DNA of 64,000 nucleotides from Candidatus Eiseniibacteriota bacterium (lineage in GTDB: Bacteria > Eisenbacteria > RBG-16-71-46), in the NCBI GenBank assembly GCA_963725865.1, contig CAVSAC010000012.1:800001-864000 (forward strand), in the 5' to 3' direction. The translations under genes and the position numbers were made by a program. The notes beneath the pieces were generated by a model. The model searched no databases. It worked only from the letters and a program-made list of their open reading frames with translations, and was not told the DNA's origin. Positions 1 to 10,230 of this stretch are shown piece by piece. How positions within the stretch are numbered: position 1 is the first letter of the stretch; each line of letters opens with the position of its first letter.

Positions 1-1282
1 GAGTGCCGCCGCGACGTCCGCGTGATTCCCGCCGCCGCAACCGCGCTACCGTCCCCGCTCACGGCGCGGCTATACTGTCCGCGCCATGGACTGGTCATGC
101 CTGTGAAGCGCGCTCCCCGCGCCCCGGCGGTACGGATGCCGCCGTCCGACGCCCTGTTCCGGGCGCTCATGTCCGATGTCGAGGCCGGCGTGCTGCTGCT
201 CGACCCGCGCGGCCGGGTCGCGACGCTCAACCCGGCCGCGGAGCGCATGCTCGGTGCCCGGCTCGCCCGGGCCCGCGGGCGGCCCGCACGCGAGCTGGTG
301 CGCACCGTGGTGCCGGGGGACGACCCGGTCCGCGACCTCGAGCGCCGGGCGCGCGCCGAACGCGAGACCGTGCTGCTCGGCGAGGGCGGGGTGGAGGTGC
401 CCGTGCTGATGCACGGGACCCGCATCGGCAAGCCGGGCTGGGCGCTGTTCGTGCTCCACGACCTGACCCGCACGCGGCGTCTGCAGGAGGAGCTGCGGCG
501 CAAGGAGCGCCTGGCGACGCTCGGTCAGCTGTCGGCCGGTGTCGCGCACGAGATCCGCAACCCGCTCGCCGGCATCGGCACCAGCGCCCAGGTGCTGCTA
601 CGCCGGTTCGAGCCGCGCGACGAGCGCGCGCGCTTCGTCCAGGTGATCCTCGAGGAGGTGGCGCGCCTCGACCGCATCGTGGCGAGCCTGCTCCAGTACG
701 CGCGCCCGCGCACGCCCGAGCTGCGGGCCGCCGAGCTGGGCGGCTGCGTCGATCGCGTGATCGAGCTGCTCGCCGAACCGATCCTGCAGGCCGGCATCCG
801 CGTCGAGCGCGACGTGGCGCCGCGGCTCGGGACGCTGTACATCGATCCCGACCTCGTGCAGCAGGTGCTGCTCAACGTGAGCCTCAACGCGGTGCAGGCG
901 ATGGAGCGGGGGGGCACGCTGCGCTACGAGGTGCGCAAGGTGCGCCGGCGCGCGCCCGCGCGCGGCCTCGGACGCCGCGTCGACGACCGCCGCGCCGGCG
1001 ACCGCCGCGCGGATCCGCGCCGCGCCGAGCGGCGCGACACCCCGGCGGCCGCACCGCGCATCGAGTACCAGCAGGTACGGGTCATCGACACCGGTCCCGG
1101 CATCCCGCGAGGCGTGCTCGAGAAGATGTTCGACCCGTTCTTCTCGACCAAGTCGCGCGGCACCGGCCTGGGGCTGGCGATCTCGCAGACCATCATGCAG
1201 GAGCACGGCGGCGCCATCGAGGTGGCGACCCGCGAAGGACGCGGCACGACCCTGCTCCTCAACTTCCCGGTGGAGAAACGGC

Positions 1283-2695
<1,413 letters not shown>

Positions 2696-2966
2696 GCCGG
2701 CCGGCCGCGCCGCGAGCGGCCATTTCCGGGTCGGCGCCGCGGACCATGCGGTCCGCGCTTGAGCGGGCATCTCGCATCGCCGCACCCGTGCTCCGCGCGG
2801 CCGGGCGCGCTCCCACCCGGCCCGCGGGCGTCGGGTGAACCCTCCACGTGACCTTCAGCGGCCGCACTAACTCCCTGCCGGAGTGATGGATGGGGGCCCG
2901 CGGCCGAGGGCGTTCCGGAGCGGTGAGGGCACCTCCGCGAGCGCCGCTACGAACGTGCGACCCCGC

Positions 2967-2982
2967 TGGCACGACGACTGCA
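2967..2982 (+). promoter_or_regulatory. sigma54 -24/-12 promoter
   Basis: TGGCACGACGACTGCA has exact GG-N10-GC spacing with TGGCAC and TGCA. It lies 36 bp before ATG 3019 (SD GGAG at 3008-3011) and just downstream of a sigma54 activator gene. Confidence 0.8.
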
Positions 2983-3018
2983 AAACGGGTTCTCCGCGAC
3001 ATCACCCGGAGACCCGTC

Positions 3019-3420
3019 ATGCCCCACATCCTGATCGTCGAAGACGAACCATCGACCTCCTGGGCCCTCTCGGAAGGGCTCTCGGACGACGGGTTCACGA
3101 TCGACACGTTCCGCTCCGCCGAAGAGGCCTGGGAGTGGCTGCGCAACGGCGGCCGCAGCGACCTCGTGATCTCCGATCTCAAGCTGCCGGGGATGAGCGG
3201 ACTCGACCTGGCGAAGAAGCTGCAGCGCGGCCGCCACGCCCAGCCGGTGGTGATCGTCACCGCGTACGGCTCACCCGAGTCCCTGCGCGAACTGCGCGAG
3301 GCGGGGGTGGCCGACTGCTTCCCGAAGCCGTTCCCGATGGATGCGCTTCGCCGTTCCGTGCGGCAGGCGATCGACCGTGCCGCGCGCCGTCCGGCGCCGC
3401 GCCTGCGGAAGGCCGCATGA
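3019..3420 (+). CDS. single-domain response regulator (receiver only)
   Basis: ILIVEDE, phospho-Asp in DLVISDLKLPGMSG, VTAYG and PKPF; 133 aa with no output domain. Confidence 0.92.
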   Translation: MPHILIVEDEPSTSWALSEGLSDDGFTIDTFRSAEEAWEWLRNGGRSDLVISDLKLPGMSGLDLAKKLQRGRHAQPVVIVTAYGSPESLRELREAGVADCFPKPFPMDALRRSVRQAIDRAARRPAPRLRKAA

Positions 3421-3734
3421 GCCCGGCTCCGCCGCGCCGTGCGCGCGCCGCGCGCAGCATCGACGCGTCGGGTCTCTCCGACGCCGTGATCCGTCGCCGC
3501 CTGCTCGATGCGATCGAGCACTGCGCGCCGCGCGAGCGCATGATGCTCGCGCTGCTCCTGGTCGAGCGCCTGACGCCGGCCGAGGCCGCCGAGACGCTGC
3601 GGCTGCCGGCCGCCAGCGTGACGCGCCGCTACCGCGCCCTGCTCGCGGAGCTGGCGCGCGCCTACCACGGCCTCGGCTCCCGCCGGGCGGCCCGTGCCGC
3701 GGCCGGCGTCGCGCGACTGCGGAGGGCGTCGTGA
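3417..3734 (+). CDS. stand-alone sigma70 region-4 (HTH) domain protein
   Basis: ATGA overlap with the upstream gene. LLDAIEHCAPRERMMLALLLVERLTPAEAAETLRLPAASVTRRYRALLAEL aligns by eye with region 4 of the FliA in the same operon. Confidence 0.7.
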   Translation: MSPAPPRRARAARSIDASGLSDAVIRRRLLDAIEHCAPRERMMLALLLVERLTPAEAAETLRLPAASVTRRYRALLAELARAYHGLGSRRAARAAAGVARLRRAS

Positions 3735-3979
3735 GCCGCCGCGCGCCGATCACGCCGTCGTCGGACGTGGAGCGCGAGATGCCGGTCGCCGTCGGCGCGC
3801 GTGTCGACGCGCTCGACGCCGCGCTGCTGACGCTGGTCGCCGAGGAGCGCCGGCTGAAGCGCCTCGGCCTCGACCTCGCGGTGCGCCGCTGCCGCGAGCA
3901 GCGCCGCTACTGGGAGTTCCTGCGCGCGGTGCTGACGCTGCCGCGCGATCCGCGCGACGCGAAGCGGCAGGCCGCGTGA
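3731..3979 (+). CDS. small helical hypothetical protein (82 aa)
   Basis: GTGA overlaps on both sides; typical codon usage; amphipathic helical sequence. Confidence 0.6.
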   Translation: MSRRAPITPSSDVEREMPVAVGARVDALDAALLTLVAEERRLKRLGLDLAVRRCREQRRYWEFLRAVLTLPRDPRDAKRQAA

Positions 3980-4875
3980 GCCGCCGTCGCGCACCGGGCG
4001 CGCCCGCCGTCCGCGGTGGACTGCGCGTGGTCCCCGGCGGAGTGCCGGCGGGCGAGACCGATCACCCCGCGCGCTGGGCCCGGCCCGGCGTGCGCACGGT
4101 GGTGGTCGCCAGCGGCAAGGGCGGCGTGGGCAAGAGCCACCTCGCGGCCAACCTCGCGATCGCGCTCGGCGAGCGCGGCTGCCGGGTGCTGCTGGTCGAC
4201 GCCGACTTCTCGCAGGCGAATCTCGACCTGCTGCTCGGCGTCCACCCGCGCTACGACCTCCAGCACGTGTTCGCGGGCGAGCGCACGCTCGAGGAGATCG
4301 CGCTCAAGGGACCGCAGAACGTCACGCTCGTGCCGGCTGCCTCCAACGATCCGGACCTCGCGGAGCTCGACGACGTGCGCCGCGAGTCGCTGATGCGCGG
4401 ACTGGGCACGCTGGCCGCCGAGGCCGACCTGGTGCTCATCGACACCGCGTCGGGCGTGTCGCGGCAGGTGACCTCGTTCTGCCTCGAAGCCGACGACGTG
4501 CTGCTCATGACCACGCCCGAGATGCCGGCGTTCTCCGATGCCTACGGCCTGGTGAAGCTGCTCCAGCGCCAGGGCCTCACGCGCGCGCCGCACCTCGTGG
4601 TCAGCATGGCGACCGGACCGGAGGAGGCCGAGGAGACCTCGCACCGCATCCGCCTCGTCGCCCGCCGCTTCCTCCACCTCGAACTCGATGCGTGGGGCTG
4701 GGTGCCGCTCGATCCCGCGGTGCCCGGTGCCGTCCGTCGTCAGGAACCCCTGCTCACCGCCTTCCCGCAGTCCCCGGCCGCGGCCGCGTATCGTGCCCTG
4801 GCCGCGCGACTGTGGGACGTCCCGTTGCCCCCGGCGTCCGACGCGACCCCGAGCGTCGAACGTCTCAGAGCCTGA
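3976..4875 (+). CDS. FlhG/FleN-like MinD/ParA ATPase
   Basis: Deviant Walker A SGKGGVGKS; VLLVDAD..ANLDLLLG; LIDTASG; TTPE..AFSDAYGLVK. Sits directly upstream of a fliA-like gene. Confidence 0.88.
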   Translation: MSRRRAPGAPAVRGGLRVVPGGVPAGETDHPARWARPGVRTVVVASGKGGVGKSHLAANLAIALGERGCRVLLVDADFSQANLDLLLGVHPRYDLQHVFAGERTLEEIALKGPQNVTLVPAASNDPDLAELDDVRRESLMRGLGTLAAEADLVLIDTASGVSRQVTSFCLEADDVLLMTTPEMPAFSDAYGLVKLLQRQGLTRAPHLVVSMATGPEEAEETSHRIRLVARRFLHLELDAWGWVPLDPAVPGAVRRQEPLLTAFPQSPAAAAYRALAARLWDVPLPPASDATPSVERLRA

Positions 4876-4889
4876 GGAGGTCCCGCTCC

Positions 4890-5741
4890 ATGGCCCGCCC
4901 CGCCGCCCTCACCGCCACGACCTCGAAAGCAGCGCGCCGTCCGCGACCGGCCCCGCGTCTGACGGTCGTCACTCGTGACCGCCGCCCCGCGCGCCCGCAG
5001 CCGGCGCCGACCGCGGTGCAGTATTCGAAGGACGACCTCCTGAAGCGCTTCGCTCCGCTGGTGCGCCACGTGGTGGAGCGCGTCGCGGCGACGCTGCCGA
5101 AGAACGTGGACCACGAGGACCTCTACTCCGCCGGCGTGCTCGGCCTGCTCGACGCGCACGCGAAGTTCGACGCGCGCAAAGGCGTGAAGTTCGAGACCTA
5201 CGCGGTGTGGCGCATCAAGGGCGCCGTGCTCGACCAGCTGCGGGCGCTCGACTGGGTGTCGCGCTCGATGCGACGCAAGGCCCGCAACCTCGACGGCGTG
5301 ACGCGCAAGCTCGACCAGCGGCTCGGCCGCGCGGCCACCGAGGAGGAGGTCGCGAAGGAGATGAAACTGTCGCGTCCGGACTTCTACCGCCTGCTCGATC
5401 ACGTGCGCGGCGCGGTGCTGGTCTCGCTCGACGAGAGCCGCTCGGGCGACGGCGAGGAGCCGTCGACGCTGGGCGACCATCTCGCCGATCCGGCCGCCGA
5501 GGACCTCGAAGAGCGCCTCGCCGAGCACCAGTCGCGGCTGGTGTTGCTCCGCACCCTCGATCACCTGCCCGAGCAGGAGCGCCTGGTGGTGTCGCTGTAC
5601 TACTACGAGCACCTGACGCTGAAGGAGATCGGACGCACGCTCGGCATCTCGGAGTCGCGCGTCTCCCAGGTCCACACCCGCGCGATGTCGCGGCTGCGGC
5701 TGCGCCTCGGGCGGTTCCTGGTGGGCGAGGAGGCGGCGTGA
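4890..5741 (+). CDS. fliA: FliA/WhiG family RNA polymerase sigma factor (sigma28)
   Basis: SD GAGGAGG; DLYSAGVLGLLDA, KFETYAVWRIKGAVLDQLRALDWVSRS, LYYYEHLTLKEIGRTLGISESRVSQVH. Confidence 0.95.
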   Translation: MARPAALTATTSKAARRPRPAPRLTVVTRDRRPARPQPAPTAVQYSKDDLLKRFAPLVRHVVERVAATLPKNVDHEDLYSAGVLGLLDAHAKFDARKGVKFETYAVWRIKGAVLDQLRALDWVSRSMRRKARNLDGVTRKLDQRLGRAATEEEVAKEMKLSRPDFYRLLDHVRGAVLVSLDESRSGDGEEPSTLGDHLADPAAEDLEERLAEHQSRLVLLRTLDHLPEQERLVVSLYYYEHLTLKEIGRTLGISESRVSQVHTRAMSRLRLRLGRFLVGEEAA

Positions 5742-6139
5742 ATCCGCCGCACGAGTCCGAGGCGTCGATGCCGCCGGCCCCGTGGCTCGCCCTGGCGGCG
5801 CGCCTGGAGGCGCAGGCGACCGCGCTGGAGCGCGATGGCCACGCGGCCGCCGCGCAGGCCCTGCGGGACGTGGTCGCGGAGTGGTGGGCGGAGCAGCAGC
5901 CGTGGGACGAGGAGGCCTCGCGCCGACTCAGCGCGCACCACGAGATCAACAACGCGCTCGTGGGCGTGCGGGGGCACGCGCAGCTGCTGCTCATGGGGCC
6001 GACCGGCCAGCAGCCCGGAGTGCGGGAACGTCTGGAGGTGATGCTGCGTGAGTCCGTCCGGATCCAGGAAGCCGCGGGACGCCTCCGCGAGCTCAAGACG
6101 GCGTTCGGAGGTCCGGGTGCCCCGGCCCGCGCGGCCTGA
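5738..6139 (+). CDS. HisKA/DHp-only protein (phosphoacceptor domain without ATPase domain)
   Basis: GTGA overlap with fliA; H-box AHHEINNALVGVRGHAQLLL followed by a second helix; stops at 133 aa with no G boxes. Confidence 0.75.
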   Translation: MNPPHESEASMPPAPWLALAARLEAQATALERDGHAAAAQALRDVVAEWWAEQQPWDEEASRRLSAHHEINNALVGVRGHAQLLLMGPTGQQPGVRERLEVMLRESVRIQEAAGRLRELKTAFGGPGAPARAA

Positions 6140-7079
6140 GCCCACGCGCTCCGAGTCCGGGCGCGTTCGCGCCGGCGAGCGACCGGGTCATGCGGACGAG
6201 CGCCGGCGCGCGTCGCGCCTGCTGTGGGCGGCGTGCGAAGCGCTGCTCTCGGCAGGCTCCGACCCGAAGTCGGTCGACCGCGCGCTCGACGCGCTGGTGA
6301 GCGCCTTCGAGTGCGACGGCGCGTCGCTGCACGCGCTCGGTCCGCAGGGCACGCTCGAGCGCTCGAACGCGCGGGGACCGTGGCAGCGCCATCCGGGCGA
6401 CCTGCGCGCGGTGATGTCGGTGCCGCTCGCGCGGGGCGACGAGCGGGTCGGCACGCTGGAGCTGCTCGCACGCGCCGGCCAGCGCTGGACCCCGGCGCAG
6501 CACGCGCTCATGCGCACGGCGGCCGGCGCGCTCGGCGCCGCCCTCGGCACGCGCCTCGAGCTCTCGCGCCTGCGCCAGCAGCCGGGGCGCGACACGGTGA
6601 CCGGGCTGCCCGACGCGCGCGCGTTCCACGTGCGGCTCGGCGAGGAAACCGCGCGGGTGCGCGAGCACGGGGTGCCGCTCGCGGTGCTGGAGGTCGACCT
6701 CGACCATTTCGCCGCGCTCAACTCGCGCTATGGGCGCGCCGCCGGCGACCGCGCGCTGGCCGAGGTGGCGCTGGTGCTCAAGCTCGCGCTGCGCGACGGC
6801 GACTACATCGCGCGGCTGGGCGGAGACGCGTTCGGCATCCTGCTGCCGGAGACCGACGTGCTGGCGGCGCGGCGGGTCGCCGAGCGGCTGCGCCGCACGC
6901 TCGAGGAGCACCGCTTCGCGCGGGTCGGGCGCCTGTCGGTCTCGTCCGGGGTGGTGGCGGCGCCGCGCGACGGCCTCGATCCGCTGGAGCTGATGAATGG
7001 GGTGGACCAGGCGCTGGGACTCGCCAAGAAGGGTGGCCGGCGCCGGGTCGTAACGCGCGACAGCGCGCACGTGCACTGA
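6117..7079 (+). CDS. GAF-like + GGDEF-domain protein, degenerate active site (GGDAF) with RxxD I-site
   Basis: DTVTGL, VDLDHF, RDGDYIARLGGDAF; GTG 6117 preceded by GGAGG (ORF open from 6048). Confidence 0.88.
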   Translation: MPRPARPEPTRSESGRVRAGERPGHADERRRASRLLWAACEALLSAGSDPKSVDRALDALVSAFECDGASLHALGPQGTLERSNARGPWQRHPGDLRAVMSVPLARGDERVGTLELLARAGQRWTPAQHALMRTAAGALGAALGTRLELSRLRQQPGRDTVTGLPDARAFHVRLGEETARVREHGVPLAVLEVDLDHFAALNSRYGRAAGDRALAEVALVLKLALRDGDYIARLGGDAFGILLPETDVLAARRVAERLRRTLEEHRFARVGRLSVSSGVVAAPRDGLDPLELMNGVDQALGLAKKGGRRRVVTRDSAHVH

Positions 7080-7089
7080 CGGGGGACCG

Positions 7090-8829
7090 ATGGAGCCGCT
7101 GACGCCCGACGCCGCCACCGCGCTGAGCACCACGGGGCACGACGCCCCGGTGCGCGTGCTGGTCGTCGACGACGAGGAAACCGTCGCGGACCTGTGCCGC
7201 GAGTTCCTGTCGGCCAAGGGCTACGACCTCACCGTCGCGCTCAGCGGCGAGGAGGCGGTGCGCGTGCTCCCCGCCCTTCGACCGGACGTCATCCTCACCG
7301 ACATCAACCTGCCGGGGCTCTCGGGCCTCGAGGTGATGCGCTACGCCAAGAGCGTGGACCCCGAGGTCGGCGTCATCGTCGTGACCGGATACGCCTCGGC
7401 GAGCACCGCGATCGACGCGCTGCGCCAGGGCGCCTACGACTACGTGCCCAAGCCGTTCGACCTCGACGACCTGGAGCAGATCGTCGACCGCGCGGTCGCC
7501 CACCGCCGGCTGCGGGCGATCAACCGGCAGCTGGTCGAGGAGCTGCGCCAGAAGAACGAGATCCTGCAGCACCACGAGCACGAGCTGCGCGAGCGCGTGC
7601 GGCTCGCGACCTGGCAGATGACCGCGCTGTACGACGTCGGCAAGGCGATCATGACCGACCTCGAGCTGGCGCCGCGCGTCGCGATGGTGTGCGAGAAGGG
7701 CGCGGAGCTCGCGGGCGGTGCCTCCGCCGTGATCTTCCTGCGGGTCGAGGACACCGACGAGTTCCGGGTCGCCGGCGCGTTCGGAACCACCGTGGCGGTG
7801 CGCGACGACGGCACCGCGCCCTCGCTCGAGCCGCGCGGACCCCTGTGGGCGACGGTGACCGGCCAGCTGCCGCAGCGGCACGCCACCGCGGTGGGCGAGC
7901 CGCCGCTCGAGGTGCCCGGCACCGAGAGTGGCCGGGCAGCCTCGCTGTTGAGCGTGCCGCTGCTGGCCGAGGGCAAGGTCATCGGCCTGCTCGTGCTGCT
8001 CGACAAGCCGGGCGGGTTCAGCGAGGACGACGAGAGCTTCATGATGCTGTACGCCTCGCAGGCCGCACTCGCGGTGCTCAACTCGCAGCTGTTCGAGCAC
8101 ACCAAGGTGCTCGACCGCCTCAAGTCCGACTTCGTGGCGGTGGTCTCGCACGAGATCCGCACGCCGCTCACCTCGGTCAAGGGAGCGATCGAGCTGCTCT
8201 CGGACGACCGCTACTTCACGAACTCCGACCAGCAGAACAAGCTGCTCACGATCGCGCACGCGAACGCGGAGCGCCTGCTGGTGCTCATCAACGACATCCT
8301 CGACTTCTCGAAGCTGGAAGCCGCCACGTTGCCGATGAGCATCGAGCGCCAGCGGCTGGAGCCGGTCGTCCAGCAGGCGGCGCACAACCTGCGCACGCTG
8401 ATCGAGGAGCGCCGCATGCACCTCGACCTGGTGATGTCCGAGGACCTGCCGGACCTGATGATGGACGCCAACCGCATCGCCCAGGTACTCACCAACTTGG
8501 TCTCGAACGCGATCAAGTTCTCGCCCGCCGGCGGGCGCATCGAGATCAGCGCGGAGTGCTGGGAGGACGGCGTGCGGGTCGGCGTGCAGGACCACGGCGA
8601 GGGCATCGCGCCGCAGGACCTCGCGAAGCTGTTCCGCAAGTTCTCGCAGATCGACTCCACCGCCACGCGCAAGGCCGGGGGCACCGGCCTCGGCCTGGTG
8701 ATCAGCAAGGGCATCGTGGAGCAGCACGGCGGCCGCATCTGGGTCGAGAGCCTGTCCGGCGTGGGGAGCACGTTCTTCTTCACGCTGCCCGCCGCCGGTC
8801 GCCCCGTCGCGACGTCCGACGCCGCCTGA
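7090..8829 (+). CDS. hybrid REC-GAF-histidine kinase
   Basis: N-terminal receiver (VLVVDDE, TDINLPG, PKPF), coiled coil, GAF, SHEIRTPLTSV, NLVSNAIKF, DHGEG, GTGLGL. Confidence 0.94.
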   Translation: MEPLTPDAATALSTTGHDAPVRVLVVDDEETVADLCREFLSAKGYDLTVALSGEEAVRVLPALRPDVILTDINLPGLSGLEVMRYAKSVDPEVGVIVVTGYASASTAIDALRQGAYDYVPKPFDLDDLEQIVDRAVAHRRLRAINRQLVEELRQKNEILQHHEHELRERVRLATWQMTALYDVGKAIMTDLELAPRVAMVCEKGAELAGGASAVIFLRVEDTDEFRVAGAFGTTVAVRDDGTAPSLEPRGPLWATVTGQLPQRHATAVGEPPLEVPGTESGRAASLLSVPLLAEGKVIGLLVLLDKPGGFSEDDESFMMLYASQAALAVLNSQLFEHTKVLDRLKSDFVAVVSHEIRTPLTSVKGAIELLSDDRYFTNSDQQNKLLTIAHANAERLLVLINDILDFSKLEAATLPMSIERQRLEPVVQQAAHNLRTLIEERRMHLDLVMSEDLPDLMMDANRIAQVLTNLVSNAIKFSPAGGRIEISAECWEDGVRVGVQDHGEGIAPQDLAKLFRKFSQIDSTATRKAGGTGLGLVISKGIVEQHGGRIWVESLSGVGSTFFFTLPAAGRPVATSDAA

Positions 8830-8893
8830 GCGCGGCCCCGCGCCGCGCACGCCGAGCCGGGCACCGCCGCGCTCGCCTCTGCGCCGGGAGGCC

Positions 8894-8923
8894 TTGACGG
8901 TCACCCGCGGCTCGCGCTAGTTT
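8894..8923 (+). promoter_or_regulatory. putative sigma70-type promoter
   Basis: TTGACG-N18-TAGTTT in intergenic DNA. Confidence 0.45.
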
Positions 8924-8942
8924 GCGGGCGGACGCTTCACGG

Positions 8943-10004
8943 ATGATGCGCATCCCCCGCTTCGCAGGCCCCTTCATGAGCGACATGGAAGCCGCCCCTC
9001 TCGACGCACCTGCCGTCGCCGCCTCGCGACGGCCATCGATCCCCGGCTCGCGCCGCGTGCTCGGCGCCGCCGCGGGCTCCGCGGTCGGCATCGCCGCGCT
9101 CGCCTCCGCCTCCGGTCTGCTGCCCACGCTCGGACCCGAATCCATGGCCGCCTGGGCGGGTGCGGCGTCACTCGGCGCGGCGGCCGGCGCGCTGCTGGCG
9201 GGCCGCACGCGAGCCGCCTCGACGGGCCCGCCACCGGCGGGAAGCGCCGCCGCCGCGGCCGCCGAGGTCCCGGCCGCCTGGTTGCACGTCGTGAGCGGCG
9301 GGACGCGCGGCGCGCTCGAGCACACGCTGGTGGAGCTGGTCGCGCGGTTCCTCGCGCGCGGCGAACGCGTGCTGGTGGTCGACGGCGGCCGGCGCCTCGG
9401 ACTGCACGCGTGGTTCGGCGCCGACGAGCGGCTCGGATTGGTGGAGTGCCTGGAGGGCCCGCTGCCGCTGCTGGGTCTGGTGCAGGTGGGAGGACACCCG
9501 GGCCTGTACGTCCTCGCGCACGGCCGGCCCGCGACCGAGGAGCGCTGGTCCCGACTTGGCCACCTGTTCGAGGAGGCGTGGCCACACTTCGGCCGCGTCG
9601 TTCTGGTGCTGGATCCGGGAGCTCACGAGGCGGTCGGCGATGCGCTGCGGGGCCGGCTGCTGCGAGGCTGGTGGGCGGGAGGCCCGAAGGAGCTGCCGCG
9701 GATCGCGCTCGCGCTCTCGCAGCGTCTCGGTATCTCGTTCGGTCAGTTGGAGCTGGGCGATGGATCTGAGGTGACGCTGGAGACCCTTCGGGAGCGCGTG
9801 GGGCAGCTGCGGGCCGGCTTGCCGGAGGCGGTGACGGAGCCCGCCGCGCTGCCGATCCCGGCGCCGTCCGCGGTCGCACCGGCGCTGCAGAGGGAGGCCG
9901 AGGTGCTGGCCTGCAATCTGCAAGTCCGTGAGCGACTCCGGTTCCTGATCTGGACGCGTCGCGTCCGCGCCGAGAGTCGACGCGAAGCACTCGCGCCCGC
10001 CTAG
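8943..10004 (+). CDS. membrane-anchored protein with a degenerate MinD/BY-kinase-like P-loop domain
   Basis: Two hydrophobic N-terminal segments; GERVLVVDGGRRLGLHAWFG..LGLVECLEG..HPGLYVLAHG resembles CapB/Wzc/MinD domains, but the Walker A Lys is missing. Start uncertain (8943, 8976 or 8985). Confidence 0.6.
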   Translation: MMRIPRFAGPFMSDMEAAPLDAPAVAASRRPSIPGSRRVLGAAAGSAVGIAALASASGLLPTLGPESMAAWAGAASLGAAAGALLAGRTRAASTGPPPAGSAAAAAAEVPAAWLHVVSGGTRGALEHTLVELVARFLARGERVLVVDGGRRLGLHAWFGADERLGLVECLEGPLPLLGLVQVGGHPGLYVLAHGRPATEERWSRLGHLFEEAWPHFGRVVLVLDPGAHEAVGDALRGRLLRGWWAGGPKELPRIALALSQRLGISFGQLELGDGSEVTLETLRERVGQLRAGLPEAVTEPAALPIPAPSAVAPALQREAEVLACNLQVRERLRFLIWTRRVRAESRREALAPA

Positions 10005-10230
10005 CCACCCGAGTTCTCGCGCCGGTCGACGACCGGCGTCCTCCGGTCGCGCCGGGCAGAGCCGGGCACTCCGCGCTCCACCACGACGTCCGCACGTGCC
10101 CTCGCCCGGCAAGCGCGCGAACGGCCGGCCGGTGGGACGAGCGGCGCCGTCACGCGAGCGCGCCTTCCCGCCGGACGTCCATCGCGAGCCCTCGCCGCCG
10201 ATCCCACGGACGGACCCACAGGGGGTCTTC

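Noticed and set aside
3976..5741. Calling this a flagellar gene cluster
   Set aside because: Only flhG-like and fliA-like genes are present, with no structural, export or chemotaxis genes in the window; they could still exist elsewhere in the genome.
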